Assembly: GCA_965227295.1 (NCBI GenBank)
Contig: OZ245742.1
Span: 1,248,001-1,312,000, forward strand
Reading direction: 5' to 3'
DNA: 64,000 nucleotides
Source: Leptonemataceae bacterium
GTDB lineage: Bacteria; Spirochaetota; Leptospiria; Leptospirales; Leptonemataceae
The notes beneath the pieces are model-generated. The model had not been told where the DNA came from, ran no database searches, and worked only from the letters and a program-made list of their open reading frames with translations. Each line of letters begins with the position of its first letter. The stretch's first letter is position 1. This document shows, in pieces, positions 40,300 through 50,449 of this stretch. A program made the translations under genes and the position numbers.

Positions 40300-42786
40300 A
40301 TGCAACAAGAAACCACCATCAGTACCGCTCCGAATCCTGAGTCGCTGGAAGATGTGTGCAGGCTCATTGAAGACAGTCTGCGCATCGCCGCCCCGGCCTG
40401 GCCGCTGCAGCATACCACCGCGGTCAATCCGTTCTGGTTTTTGCGGGATAAGACGTTTTACGAAACCGCCGTGGAGCTTACGCCCATCATTCATGCGCCG
40501 TTGTTCCTCCCCCTGGACGAGTACCTGAAGCGCTTTGATCGCGGCGAGATCAACGAGGACGCCCTGCTTACGGTCATTCACGAGGCGCGGGAGTTCGACT
40601 ACGACATTCCGGAGACCGTCAACGTCTTCGTGAACATCAGTCGCACCACCGAGAGTACGTCGCGCAAACATCCGAGCCTCGCGGAACACCTGCGTGACGA
40701 TCTCTTCTGGCATCGCACGGTGGTGAACGAAGTCGGCAAGTATGCCGCCGCGTACTTCGACGAGCACCAGGCCCTCGCAAAGTTTCCGTGGTACGATGAG
40801 TCGTTCTGGCAGGGCTGGCTGCAGGCCCGGGAGTGGGACAGTTCCATGGAAGCCCTCGGCGTGCCGCATTTCGCAACCTACGTCCGGGAATTCGCAGACC
40901 TCGGTCCCGCCGAAGCCGTCGCGTACATGCTGGATCGCATAGGGCTTGTTTCTTATGAAGGCCGCCGCGTGTACCTGCAACGACTCATCGCCACGGTCCT
41001 GGGCTGGGCCGCGCGCTTTCGGTACGACGAGTGGCAGGTGCAGTTGGAGCTTCCCCCGGATCGGCCGGCGCAGTTGATCGAACTGCTCGCGGTGCGCATG
41101 GCGTACGACTACGGTCTCTTTCAGCACGCCGGGGACAACGGTGAGGCCACGAAACTTTCGTACTGGCGTATGGCGTATAACGAAATCAACGAGCGTGCAT
41201 CGAAACGTTATCATCCCTTTCGTTTGCATTCGGTCTGGCAGGCCGCGGCGGAGCGTTCGTATCAAAAGCGTGTAGTGCGCGATCTGCAATTTCGCGACGG
41301 GGCGAAACTTGCGCCGGAGGTACAGATGGCGTTTTGCATCGACGTGCGTTCGGAGATGATTCGCCGGCACATCGAAGCGGAGCATTCGGACGTGGAGACC
41401 ATCGGCTTCGCCGGATTCTTCGGCCTGCCCATCGAATACCAGCGGCTGGATGAACGCGGTCCCGGTCGGCGGTTGCCGGTGTTGCTCGCTCCGGCGTTGC
41501 GCGTGCAGGAAAGCGCGAAGGGCGGTGCCAACGCCGACGGTGCGGCGGCCATGAAAGCACGTCGTCGTCCGGGGGATTCGTTTTTGCTGAGTTACTTCAA
41601 GAACATGCGCAAGGCGACGCTCTCGTCTTTTCTGTATGTGGAATTCTTCGGCATTCTCTCGATGGAGAACATGTTGCGTCGAACCTGGCAGAGCATTCTG
41701 CGCACCCTGCGCGGTGAGAGCATGCCTCGTCGCTTCGATGACCGCGCGTCGGGACCGGACATGCATCATCTTACAAAAGCGGACGGTACGCCGCTTAATG
41801 CGTCGGCGAAAGCGGGCACGGTGGCCGGCGTCTTGCGCAGCATGGGCCTGCGGGATCGTTTCGCGAAACTCGTGGTGCTGGCCGGACACGGATCGGCCAC
41901 GACCAACAATGCTTTTGCTTCATCGCTCGACTGCGGCGCCTGCGGCGGTCATGCCGGTGATGTGAACGCGCGATTGCTCGCCGCCGTGTTGAACGATGCG
42001 GACGTTCGCGCGGCTCTTGCGAAAGACCACGGCATCACGATTCCCGAAACGACGTTCTTTATTCCAGCCGTCCACGAGACCGTAACCGACGACATCTATC
42101 TGCTGGATGAAGAAACCGTACCGCTGGCCTATCAGGACGCCGTGAGCAAACTGCGCCATGCGCTGAGACGCGCATCGAAACGCACGCGACTAGAGCGCCG
42201 CTTTGCCCGCTCGCCGGTGGTGGATCGCCACACGTATCGCCGTTCGCGCAACTGGTCCGAGGTGCGTCCGGAGTGGGGCCTCGCCGGTAACGCGTGTTTC
42301 ATCGTCGCGCCGCGGGAACGAACGCGGGGCATGAACTTCATGTCGCGTTCGTTTTTGCATAACTACGACTGGGCGAAGGACGATCAGTTCGCCGTACTCG
42401 AAGCCATTATGACCGCGCCCATGGTCGTGACGAACTGGATCAACCTGCAGTACTACGCATCCGCCGTCGCGCCGGAAGTCTACGGGGCCGGCAGCAAGGT
42501 CCTGCATAACGTCGTCGATGAAAGCGGCGTAGTCGAAGGCAACGGTGGTGATCTGCGCGTGGGTCTGCCGATTCAATCCGTGCACGACGGCGAACGGCTG
42601 GTCCACGAACCGTTGCGGTTGAGCGTCTTCATCGAAGCGCCGCGCAAGGAAATCGAAGCGATTATTGAAAAGCACCAGGTCGTTCGGGAACTGGTGGACC
42701 ATGAGTGGCTGCACCTGCTGCACATCGACACAAAAACCGGCAGCGTGGAACGCCGGCATCCGGGAGGTGTGTATTCGCGCGTGTAA
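40300..42786 (+). CDS. dabA: DAB inorganic carbon pump, DUF2309 subunit
   Basis: AVNPF, FCIDVRSE, GFAGFFG, GHG, LDCGACGG, WSEVRPEWGLAGNA. Confidence 0.93.
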   Translation: MQQETTISTAPNPESLEDVCRLIEDSLRIAAPAWPLQHTTAVNPFWFLRDKTFYETAVELTPIIHAPLFLPLDEYLKRFDRGEINEDALLTVIHEAREFDYDIPETVNVFVNISRTTESTSRKHPSLAEHLRDDLFWHRTVVNEVGKYAAAYFDEHQALAKFPWYDESFWQGWLQAREWDSSMEALGVPHFATYVREFADLGPAEAVAYMLDRIGLVSYEGRRVYLQRLIATVLGWAARFRYDEWQVQLELPPDRPAQLIELLAVRMAYDYGLFQHAGDNGEATKLSYWRMAYNEINERASKRYHPFRLHSVWQAAAERSYQKRVVRDLQFRDGAKLAPEVQMAFCIDVRSEMIRRHIEAEHSDVETIGFAGFFGLPIEYQRLDERGPGRRLPVLLAPALRVQESAKGGANADGAAAMKARRRPGDSFLLSYFKNMRKATLSSFLYVEFFGILSMENMLRRTWQSILRTLRGESMPRRFDDRASGPDMHHLTKADGTPLNASAKAGTVAGVLRSMGLRDRFAKLVVLAGHGSATTNNAFASSLDCGACGGHAGDVNARLLAAVLNDADVRAALAKDHGITIPETTFFIPAVHETVTDDIYLLDEETVPLAYQDAVSKLRHALRRASKRTRLERRFARSPVVDRHTYRRSRNWSEVRPEWGLAGNACFIVAPRERTRGMNFMSRSFLHNYDWAKDDQFAVLEAIMTAPMVVTNWINLQYYASAVAPEVYGAGSKVLHNVVDESGVVEGNGGDLRVGLPIQSVHDGERLVHEPLRLSVFIEAPRKEIEAIIEKHQVVRELVDHEWLHLLHIDTKTGSVERRHPGGVYSRV

Positions 42787-42808
42787 GTTGCTTCGCGAAA
42801 GGCGCGGT

Positions 42809-43114
42809 CTACTTGATCAACGACACCAATTCATTGAGTGAGCAGTTTTTTTCGACGGGATGCCGGAGGGGTTTCGTAAGATTCAGCCGGTAGGTGTTAC
42901 GGCGACCTTCTTTTTGTCGTTTGATGTAGCCGCTCTCTTCGAGATCGGCGACGATGCGCTGTACCGCCCGCTCCGTAATGCCGACTTTCAGCGCCACGTC
43001 CCGCAGCACGCTTTCGGGATCGCGGGCCAGGCAGATGAGCACGTGCGAGTGGTTCGAAAGAAAGGTCCAGCCGGCCTCGGTGGATTTTGGTTTTACGGCG
43101 CTTTTCTTGTTCAT
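42809..43114 (-). CDS. Winged-helix transcriptional regulator
   Basis: WTFLSNHSHVL..GITERAVQRIV..GRRNTY; start could be 43138. Confidence 0.85.
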   Translation of the reverse strand: MNKKSAVKPKSTEAGWTFLSNHSHVLICLARDPESVLRDVALKVGITERAVQRIVADLEESGYIKRQKEGRRNTYRLNLTKPLRHPVEKNCSLNELVSLIK

Positions 43115-43230
43115 GACGACACCTGAAGCAGGAAACATGAATGATGTGTCATAAATAGCGCACGTGGCAGGAAATAACAAGTCAAAAAGCCGTGCCGGAA
43201 CGAACCGGCACGGCCCTGTCGCGATCGATC

Positions 43231-43980
43231 TCAGCGTCGCAGTTTCGAAAGCAACCGCAGGAATTCGATGTACAGCCAGATCAGCGTGACCATAAGTCCG
43301 AAGGCCGCGTACCATTCCATGTACCTGGGTGCCCCGGCTGCTTCGCCGCGTTCAATGAAGTCGAAGTCCAGAACCAGGTTCAGCGCCGCAATCACGACCA
43401 CGAACAAACTGAAGCCGATCCCGATGAGTCCGCTTTCGTGAATGTACGGGACCGACGTACCGAAGAGGTTCGCGCCGATGCTCACGAGATAGATCAACGC
43501 GATCCCGCCGGTGGCCGCCGCAATTCCCAAACGAAAGTTTTGTGTAACTTTGATGAGTCCGCTTTTGTAGACCATGAGCAGGGAGAACAACGTGCCGAAG
43601 GTCAGCATCACCGCCTGAATGACGATGCCCGGGTACTGCGCTTCGAAGACGGCGGAGAGCGCGCCCAGAAAGCAACCCTCCGCGGCGGCGTAGAGCGGTG
43701 CCGTGTACGGCGACGCCGTCGGTTTGAAGATCGTGACTAGCGCCAGCACCGCGCCGACACCTACCCCGCCCCACATGAACCAGGGCATGAGTTCGGTCTG
43801 CCCTTGAAAGAACTGATTCCAGGTATAGATCGCCGGAACCAGGAGAATGCCGAGGAGGATAACGGTCTTCGTGGCCGCGCCCTGCACGGTCATAGTCTCG
43901 CTGCCCGCCGCCGCGCTATCGTACGGACCGACAGCCTGTTGGAATGCGCTGTCACTCAGCGCAGGATTGGAAGTTCGCAT
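43231..43980 (-). CDS. Bax inhibitor-1/YccA family membrane protein
   Basis: MRTSNPAL, LVLDFDFIE, EWYAAFGLMVTLIWLYIEFLRLL. Confidence 0.9.
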   Translation of the reverse strand: MRTSNPALSDSAFQQAVGPYDSAAAGSETMTVQGAATKTVILLGILLVPAIYTWNQFFQGQTELMPWFMWGGVGVGAVLALVTIFKPTASPYTAPLYAAAEGCFLGALSAVFEAQYPGIVIQAVMLTFGTLFSLLMVYKSGLIKVTQNFRLGIAAATGGIALIYLVSIGANLFGTSVPYIHESGLIGIGFSLFVVVIAALNLVLDFDFIERGEAAGAPRYMEWYAAFGLMVTLIWLYIEFLRLLSKLRR

Positions 43981-44049
43981 GCGTGATTGTCCGGCCCCCG
44001 TGCTCGCGCACAAGACATTTGTGTTTATTTATGATATCGCCGGCGACGG

Positions 44050-45405
44050 TTATTTCACATGAATCACGGCGATCATCACATCGTCCTTAAAACCTGCGAA
44101 GTCGTGGCGATTTCGGATGCGTTCCAGCACCGCCTCGATCAATGCCTCGCCGTCGAGTTCTTCGAGGCCGGCCAGAAGGACTTCCGCGTGAATGTCCGCG
44201 GTCTCACTGCCGTTGGAGCTTGCGTACTCGGTGAGACCGTCGGTGTAGAGAAAAAATCTGTCGCCCGGTTCCAGAGAGAAGGCCAGCTCTTGCGCGATGG
44301 GCCGCGCCACGCGATAGCCGAGCACGGAACCCTGCGTACGAATTTCCCGGAACGGCCGGCCCTGGGGTGCGTACATGGCCGCGGGATGACCGGCGTTCGC
44401 CAATCGCGCGCGCATGCGTTTGAAATCGAACATTACGTATACCGCCGACGCGTGATGACTGCCGAAGTCCCGGGACATGGTTTCGTCCAGGTGCTCCATC
44501 ATCTCCACGGGTTCCAGGCGCAGTCGGTACGGCATGCGCGCGAGTAGAACCTTAAGGGCCGCCGTCATCATGGCGCTGGAAATGCCGTGACCGGAGACGT
44601 CGGCCAGGAAGAGGCCCAGGTCGCCTTCGCGCAGGCGCACCAGGTCGTAAAAATCACCGCCGGTTTGATTCTCCGGCGAACGGTAGACGTCCAGGCGCAG
44701 GCGATCGTTCTCGCGGAAAGACGGAAAAAGATTCTCGTGTACTTTCTGCGCCATCGAAAGGTCGGCGCTCTCTTTCGCGATCTTACCGCGAAGTTCCAGA
44801 TAACGAACGCAGGCGAAGAGCAACACCGATTCGAGAAAGAGCGCGAGCAGGGCGGCCCATATCAATGTAAAGACGTGCTGAACCAGGAGCGCTTCGGATG
44901 CCTCGAAGTCCTGGAAGAACAAGATGTGGGCCAGCAAGAAGAGCAACACCGGCCAGCCGGAAAAACGGCCGGGGCGCAGGGCCTGCGATAATGTAAACGC
45001 GAGGTACGTTAAGAACTTTTCGTTTACATCCGCCGCACTCTCGGGCATGCCGAAGTGATACACGACGAGAAAGAGGGCGATGTAGTATACGGAGTAAAAG
45101 TATGAGTTCCACCGGTGGTGGACTTCTTTGAATGCGAAGAATGTGGTGACGACGGCGACGGCCACCAGGGATTCCATGAGTTCCGTTTGCGTACTTGCGT
45201 AAAGACCGGAGCCGTCCTCGAAGAAACCGAAGCTGAATTGAATCAGGCGCAGCAGGATTGTGCTCGCCCCGAAGATCAAGAGCGCGATGCGTTCAATGGA
45301 AGCGAGCAGGGCGCGCAACTGGCGGCCGTCCACGCCGCGGGGGACCTGGTTGCGCCAGAGGACGGTGTTCAGGAGATACGAGTAGCTTTTGGTCAGGTCG
45401 CGCAT
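44050..45405 (-). CDS. Membrane-bound SpoIIE/PP2C phosphatase
   Basis: GGDFYD, ADVSGHG, NAGHP, YTDGL, DD. Confidence 0.92.
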   Translation of the reverse strand: MRDLTKSYSYLLNTVLWRNQVPRGVDGRQLRALLASIERIALLIFGASTILLRLIQFSFGFFEDGSGLYASTQTELMESLVAVAVVTTFFAFKEVHHRWNSYFYSVYYIALFLVVYHFGMPESAADVNEKFLTYLAFTLSQALRPGRFSGWPVLLFLLAHILFFQDFEASEALLVQHVFTLIWAALLALFLESVLLFACVRYLELRGKIAKESADLSMAQKVHENLFPSFRENDRLRLDVYRSPENQTGGDFYDLVRLREGDLGLFLADVSGHGISSAMMTAALKVLLARMPYRLRLEPVEMMEHLDETMSRDFGSHHASAVYVMFDFKRMRARLANAGHPAAMYAPQGRPFREIRTQGSVLGYRVARPIAQELAFSLEPGDRFFLYTDGLTEYASSNGSETADIHAEVLLAGLEELDGEALIEAVLERIRNRHDFAGFKDDVMIAVIHVK

Positions 45406-45413
45406 GCCGCGGG

Positions 45414-45884
45414 TCAGCGCGCGGGGTAGTACACGATTTCGCGGACGATGGAGCCCTCGACGCGCAGTCCGATGTTCCAGCCCGTACGCAAGAAGTCATC
45501 CAGTTTTCTGAGCACCTTCAAACAGCGTGCCCGCGAACCGCAGGGATGGTGCAAGGCATGCGACGTGGCGTGAAAGGCCCATACCCCGGGATGAGTTGTT
45601 AATATCGTTACGAAGTGAGGCCCGTATTTTGCGACTTCGTCACCGTCGCGGACTTCATAAACAATGTGCGAGACATAGCGGCGGTTCGTTATGCGCGTTT
45701 CGATGCCCGATTCCACGTGCGGGTAGACGGAGTCCTCGGAGTAAACCGCGGAAGTTGTAAGTAATACTGAAAGTGCGAGCAGGAGGAAGAATGACTCCGA
45801 GGACCGAGGAAACCGAGGAGTTTTGGGAGGGGCGGCGTAGCCTGCACGTGTTCGGACTGCGAGAGCTGTCTTAGCCCGACCCAT
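45414..45884 (-). CDS. Hypothetical exported protein; start uncertain because it lies inside a repeat
   Basis: Signal-like FFLLLALSVLLTTSAVYS followed by a globular domain. Confidence 0.5.
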   Translation of the reverse strand: MGRAKTALAVRTRAGYAAPPKTPRFPRSSESFFLLLALSVLLTTSAVYSEDSVYPHVESGIETRITNRRYVSHIVYEVRDGDEVAKYGPHFVTILTTHPGVWAFHATSHALHHPCGSRARCLKVLRKLDDFLRTGWNIGLRVEGSIVREIVYYPAR

Positions 45885-45929
45885 CTTTTCAGCTCCTCAT
45901 GTTCTCCTCGAACCCTCGGTCCTCGGAGT
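45794..45929. repeat. REP/MITE-like element, second copy
   Basis: ACTCCGAGGACCGAGG at 45794-45809 and CCTCGGTCCTCGGAGT at 45914-45929. Confidence 0.8.
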
Positions 45930-46168
45930 TAATCCTTCTTTTTCTTCTTCAGCAACTTCCCGAGATTCTGCAACGATTGCGGCGACGCCTTCGCGGCCTC
46001 TTTGTTCTGTTCCTGAATTTCCTTGTAAACTTCTGTTCGGTGCACACTAACAGAACGCGGCGCCCGGATGCCCAGTTTGATCTGGTCGCCCTTGATGTCC
46101 ACGACCACGATCTCAATGTCGTCACCGATCATAATGGACTCGTTGATTCTGCGCGCGAGGACGAGCAC
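45929..46168 (-). CDS. csrA: Carbon storage regulator
   Basis: [34 protein letters not shown]. Confidence 0.97.
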   Translation of the reverse strand: MLVLARRINESIMIGDDIEIVVVDIKGDQIKLGIRAPRSVSVHRTEVYKEIQEQNKEAAKASPQSLQNLGKLLKKKKKD

Positions 46169-46624
46169 TCAGGCACCCCCCTCGTCGAGATGTTCCAGGA
46201 TCGGAACGCGTACGTGGTGTTTGCCGTGATGTGAAATGACCTGGCGGCCCAGATTCTCCGCGCCTTTGCGGTACACCAGGATCGGGCCCTGCAGGTTTGC
46301 GGTCATCTTCTCGGGGCTGTCCTCGGGAATCGTGACGATGGAAAAAATCTCGCAGTCCTCGACCTTTTCGGTGCCCAGGGATTGCAGATCACCGGGGGCC
46401 ACCTGCGGTTTGTAAGCTTCGATGAACAGAGCCGGATCGATGACCACGAAGGCCAGGTTCGGATCGTTTACGGACTGGAGCCACTGAAACGGGCTCTCGC
46501 CGGATTCCGCGAGCATTACGAATTCGTGGAACTCCTGAAAACCGAAGAGACCGTCCGGGAATCGGATCAGCTCTCCGGATTCGACTTCCACTTCGCCGAG
46601 GGCTTTCGTAGTCAACGTTGGCAT
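46169..46624 (-). CDS. fliW: Flagellar assembly factor FliW
   Basis: FPDGLFGF, FQWLQS, MTANLQGP. Confidence 0.95.
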   Translation of the reverse strand: MPTLTTKALGEVEVESGELIRFPDGLFGFQEFHEFVMLAESGESPFQWLQSVNDPNLAFVVIDPALFIEAYKPQVAPGDLQSLGTEKVEDCEIFSIVTIPEDSPEKMTANLQGPILVYRKGAENLGRQVISHHGKHHVRVPILEHLDEGGA

Positions 46625-46656
46625 AAAAGAAAATACTAACCTTTGCGGGAATTACC

Positions 46657-47922
46657 TTAGCGCAGGAAATCCATCAGCTGCGGGCGGATGATGCGCGAGC
46701 CGACGTTCAGCGAGTACTGGTGAATCGTTTCAAGCCACTTAAGATTCATGATGGTCTCCGGGAAATCAATGCCCTCGCTTTCGGCGAGCAGCTCCTGCAT
46801 GTGCCCCTTATCCCAGGCGACGCGTTTGTCGTGTTCTTCCACGCGATTCTGGCGCGCGCCGACCTCGGCGCGATAACGTAACAGATTGTTCAGCGTTTCG
46901 TCGATGTTCGCCAGATCCCGGCCGCCGATTTCGGTGACGTCGCCGGCGAGCAGATCGTCGCGCAGTTTGATCAAAACATCGAAGGAACTCAGACCGGATA
47001 CCCGCGCGGAGTCGGCAAAATTGTTCGGCGGTTGCGAGTCGTCCGCGGAAATCAGCCCGAGATCTTGCAAGACGGTGCTGCCTTCCATATCTTCGAGCCA
47101 GATCTGATGCGGCGACGTGGACGACAGAGAAACAAAGTCCTGGCCGATGATCGACGCTTCCACCTCGAGGTTCGCGGCGTTGATCTTCGCAACGATGTCG
47201 TTGGCCGTATCGCCGGCGGCCACGCGAATTTCGGCGCCGTCGATGCGGAAAACCTGGTCGGTCGTGGCGCGATAGCCGGAGGTATCGGCAGACCCGGTCA
47301 CGGTCATGTTCGTTCCCCACAACGCTTTGTTGCCCGGAAAGTTCACGTCGATGTACTGATCGCGTTCGACCTCACGCAATTGTTTGCCGATGTCGCCGTG
47401 ATAGCGCACGCTTACGATTTGATTCTCTAACGTAACACCGTCGGCACCTTGAATGTTGGCCTGCACCGCTTCGAAGGGCGGGCGCTCCAGGGCGTGACCG
47501 GCGAACAGATAACGACCGGTGGCGTCCCGGGCGTTGCCGAGTTCGATCATGGCGCGCAGGTGTTGATCGATTTCTTTGGCGATGGCGTAGCGATCTTCGT
47601 TCTTTTCGCCGCCGTAGGTTCCGTTCGCACCCTGCACGGCCAGCACGCGGACGCGTTGCAGAATATCGGTAACCCGGGCCATCTCGCCGTCCACCAGGTC
47701 CAGGCGATTCTTTGCGTGCATGAGGTTCGTGTCGAACTGTTCGAGTTCATTGACGCGCGTGCGAAAGTACATTTGGTTTGTTGCAGCGGAAGGATCGTCC
47801 GCCGGCCGGCCGATGCGCCGTCCGGTTGCGAGCTGATCCTGTACTTTGTCGAACTCCCGCTGGTGCCGCTGCGTATTGCGCACCAGTGTGTTGTTTTTCA
47901 TGATATCAGTTATACGCATCAT
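46657..47922 (-). CDS. flgL: Flagellar hook-associated protein 3
   Basis: TGRRIGRPADDP, GRYLFAG, C-terminal LMDFLR. Confidence 0.93.
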   Translation of the reverse strand: MMRITDIMKNNTLVRNTQRHQREFDKVQDQLATGRRIGRPADDPSAATNQMYFRTRVNELEQFDTNLMHAKNRLDLVDGEMARVTDILQRVRVLAVQGANGTYGGEKNEDRYAIAKEIDQHLRAMIELGNARDATGRYLFAGHALERPPFEAVQANIQGADGVTLENQIVSVRYHGDIGKQLREVERDQYIDVNFPGNKALWGTNMTVTGSADTSGYRATTDQVFRIDGAEIRVAAGDTANDIVAKINAANLEVEASIIGQDFVSLSSTSPHQIWLEDMEGSTVLQDLGLISADDSQPPNNFADSARVSGLSSFDVLIKLRDDLLAGDVTEIGGRDLANIDETLNNLLRYRAEVGARQNRVEEHDKRVAWDKGHMQELLAESEGIDFPETIMNLKWLETIHQYSLNVGSRIIRPQLMDFLR

Positions 47923-47997
47923 AAGGTTATCCTAGGATCGATCGTCGTTGCCCCTGGCGCTCTAGCTTCACAAACTCTTTATCTTAAACCCTCGTTC

Positions 47998-48013
47998 CCT
48001 CGGTCCTCGGAGT
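47998..48013. repeat. Single arm of the REP/MITE-like repeat
   Basis: CCTCGGTCCTCGGAGT between flgK and flgL. Confidence 0.75.
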
Positions 48014-48024
48014 AGATTTTTTAG

Positions 48025-49971
48025 TTAAGCACCCATCCGATTGATGATCACTTCCAGCAGTTGATCCATTGTGTTGATCACGCGGGCGCTCGCGTTGTAC
48101 GCGTGCTGGAACTGCACCATGTTCGACATCTCTTCGTCGAGGCTCACGCCCATCACCGACTGACGAAAGTTGTTCAGTGAAACGAGGTCGTCCTTCAAAC
48201 GCAGCGAGGCGTCCGTGGCCGTGCGGGACTCGGTGCCGAGCTTCGCGATCAACGCGTTGTAGAATTCCTCGGCGTTCACCTCGCGGCCGACCATGTGCGA
48301 GTCCTGTTTCAACGACGCCGCGATCAACAGCGCGTTCGAACCGTCGCCGATGCCGCCCGGAGTGTTGTAATCGCCGGTGCCGCCGACGTCCCGGCCGCGA
48401 CCCGCGGCCACGCTGGCCGGATCCCGGCCCACGTCGTCGGAGACTTCCATGTAGGCGGCCGGATGAAAGACCGGCGTCAGCGTAAGGTCTTCCAGCGGCG
48501 CCCGCAGTTTCGAAAGTTCGTTGATGCGCCGGTAGTCGAAGGCCCCGGCCTGTCCGCTACTCTGGAGGACACCGGCATAGCCGACTAACAGCTCGCCGCT
48601 GTCTTCTAAGTGGCGAATCATGAAATTCGTGCGGCGATCACCCTCGGGCAGATCGGCGCGGGTGGCCTTAAACGAAAGCTGGTTGTCGTGGTTCAGGTAC
48701 GCCACGACGCCGGCGCCGGAGTCGTTAATGCGCCCGATGATCTCATCCATAGTTTCGTCGCGGGAGTAGTCGATGCGCACCGGCGAGTTGTTCGGGTCGT
48801 TCTTGTGCAGCGTGATGGTGCCGTCCACGCCGACGCGTTGCGTGGCGTCGATCTCGTTGGTACCGGTCACGCGAAAGAGGGCCGTGACTTCCGCGGAGCC
48901 GTCCTGGTTAAGGTCGAAGTTCCCGGAGGCGTTCTGGATGATGTACGAGCCGCGGGCGTTTGCGGACAGCGGACGCAGGTCAAAGAAGTCTTTGTTCGTG
49001 GTGCCGTTCATGCCGAAGCCGTCGCGGTGCACCTCGTTGACGATGTCGCTGATGTTCAGCGCGAAGGAATCCACGCTGTCGATGCGGTCTACGATGGAAA
49101 CGTCGCGCATCTCCAGCAGGCCGAGCAGCTTGCCGCCGCCGAGTACGATGTCGCGATCGTTGTGCTCCCACAGAACTTTGGCCATGCCCTCGTTCTGCGG
49201 ATCGGGTACGGTCTTTAACTTACGCTGGATTTCACCTTGTACTAAAGCTTGCTCGCCGATGAACACGAACAGTTCGTCGCGGTCGTTGCGCCCCACGCGC
49301 ACGTTCACAATTTTGGAAAGTTCTTCCAGGGCCGCGTCGCGTTTGTCCTTAAGATCGTTGGGCATGTCACCCAGGGCCTCGATCTTCAGAATGCGTTCGT
49401 TGAGATCGCGAATCTGACCGGCCAGAGAGTTGAGGCGATCCACTTCCGTGATTACCTCGCGGTTCGCGCGCTCACGCAAATCCGCGAGCTTGCCGTAGAC
49501 ATCATTGACGCGCGTCGCGAGGGCGCGACCGCGTTCCACGACCACTTCACGATGGGACATGTCCGCCGGAAAGTTGGCGAGCTCCTGCCAGGAGGCCCAG
49601 AAGTTGTTGGAAAGATTTCGCAGCGAGTTGTCGGAGGGTTCGTTGAATACGACCTCCATTTGCTCCAGATAGAGCTGCTTCGTATCCCAGAAATTTTTGT
49701 CGTTCTCCGCGACGATGATTTGATCGTCGTAAAACGCGTCGCGGATGCGTTCGATCTGCGCGACTTGAGCGCCCTGTCCCAACTGCCCTTTGGAGTTGGC
49801 CCGGTTCAGAGACGGGTTGTAGAGCGGGTCCATCGAGGTCATGGTGACCCGCTGGCGCGCGTAGTGTTCGTTGTCCGCGTTTGATATGTTATGGCCGGTC
49901 GTATTCAGCGCGGTCTGATGCGTAAACAGACCCCGCTTGCCGATTTCCAGGCCGCCGAATGTTGATCCCAT
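48025..49971 (-). CDS. flgK: Flagellar hook-associated protein 1
   Basis: [14 protein letters not shown] and [23 protein letters not shown]. Confidence 0.96.
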   Translation of the reverse strand: MGSTFGGLEIGKRGLFTHQTALNTTGHNISNADNEHYARQRVTMTSMDPLYNPSLNRANSKGQLGQGAQVAQIERIRDAFYDDQIIVAENDKNFWDTKQLYLEQMEVVFNEPSDNSLRNLSNNFWASWQELANFPADMSHREVVVERGRALATRVNDVYGKLADLRERANREVITEVDRLNSLAGQIRDLNERILKIEALGDMPNDLKDKRDAALEELSKIVNVRVGRNDRDELFVFIGEQALVQGEIQRKLKTVPDPQNEGMAKVLWEHNDRDIVLGGGKLLGLLEMRDVSIVDRIDSVDSFALNISDIVNEVHRDGFGMNGTTNKDFFDLRPLSANARGSYIIQNASGNFDLNQDGSAEVTALFRVTGTNEIDATQRVGVDGTITLHKNDPNNSPVRIDYSRDETMDEIIGRINDSGAGVVAYLNHDNQLSFKATRADLPEGDRRTNFMIRHLEDSGELLVGYAGVLQSSGQAGAFDYRRINELSKLRAPLEDLTLTPVFHPAAYMEVSDDVGRDPASVAAGRGRDVGGTGDYNTPGGIGDGSNALLIAASLKQDSHMVGREVNAEEFYNALIAKLGTESRTATDASLRLKDDLVSLNNFRQSVMGVSLDEEMSNMVQFQHAYNASARVINTMDQLLEVIINRMGA

Positions 49972-50104
49972 GGCGATCTCCCGGGTGCCGCCTCCGAATC
50001 GGGGCGCACCACCATGCTAGATCCGTCGGCGGAAGAGGAAAAAACCTGAACGGATTTTTAGTTTCGCACTTTACAAATCTCCAGTATGTTCTATTCTCTG
50101 GATT

Positions 50105-50389
50105 ATGTCACATGAGCAGGTCAATCGCATCCTGGCTCAGCACGGCCTCCAGCGCACGCCGTACACGGGCTGGCTGGCGAACCCCGCGGGCGGCCCCGAA
50201 TCCGCGATCTATGCGGGCGTCGACAGTCACGGCCGGCATTTCTTCCTGAGTTCCGGCGGTGCCACCCTCGCCACGTACGGCGAATTCGCCCGCGGCCGGG
50301 AAGTGACCATCCGTTCTCCCGAGGGCGGTAGCGATTTCAGTGTATGTCTGTTTACGCTGTGGATGCTGCTCGGCGAAACGGCGGCTTAG
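50105..50389 (+). CDS. Hypothetical protein
   Basis: 94-aa ORF with genome-typical codon usage, divergent from flgK. Confidence 0.5.
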   Translation: MSHEQVNRILAQHGLQRTPYTGWLANPAGGPESAIYAGVDSHGRHFFLSSGGATLATYGEFARGREVTIRSPEGGSDFSVCLFTLWMLLGETAA

Positions 50390-50449
50390 GTCTTGAATGA
50401 TTTCTCGCCCTGTGCACAGTTGGAGAGGATGGTTTGATGGGACGGTCCT

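Noticed and set aside
40249-41889. 546-aa minus-strand ORF and many similar Arg-rich overlapping ORFs
   Set aside because: Shadow frames of well-supported genes, expected in high-GC DNA
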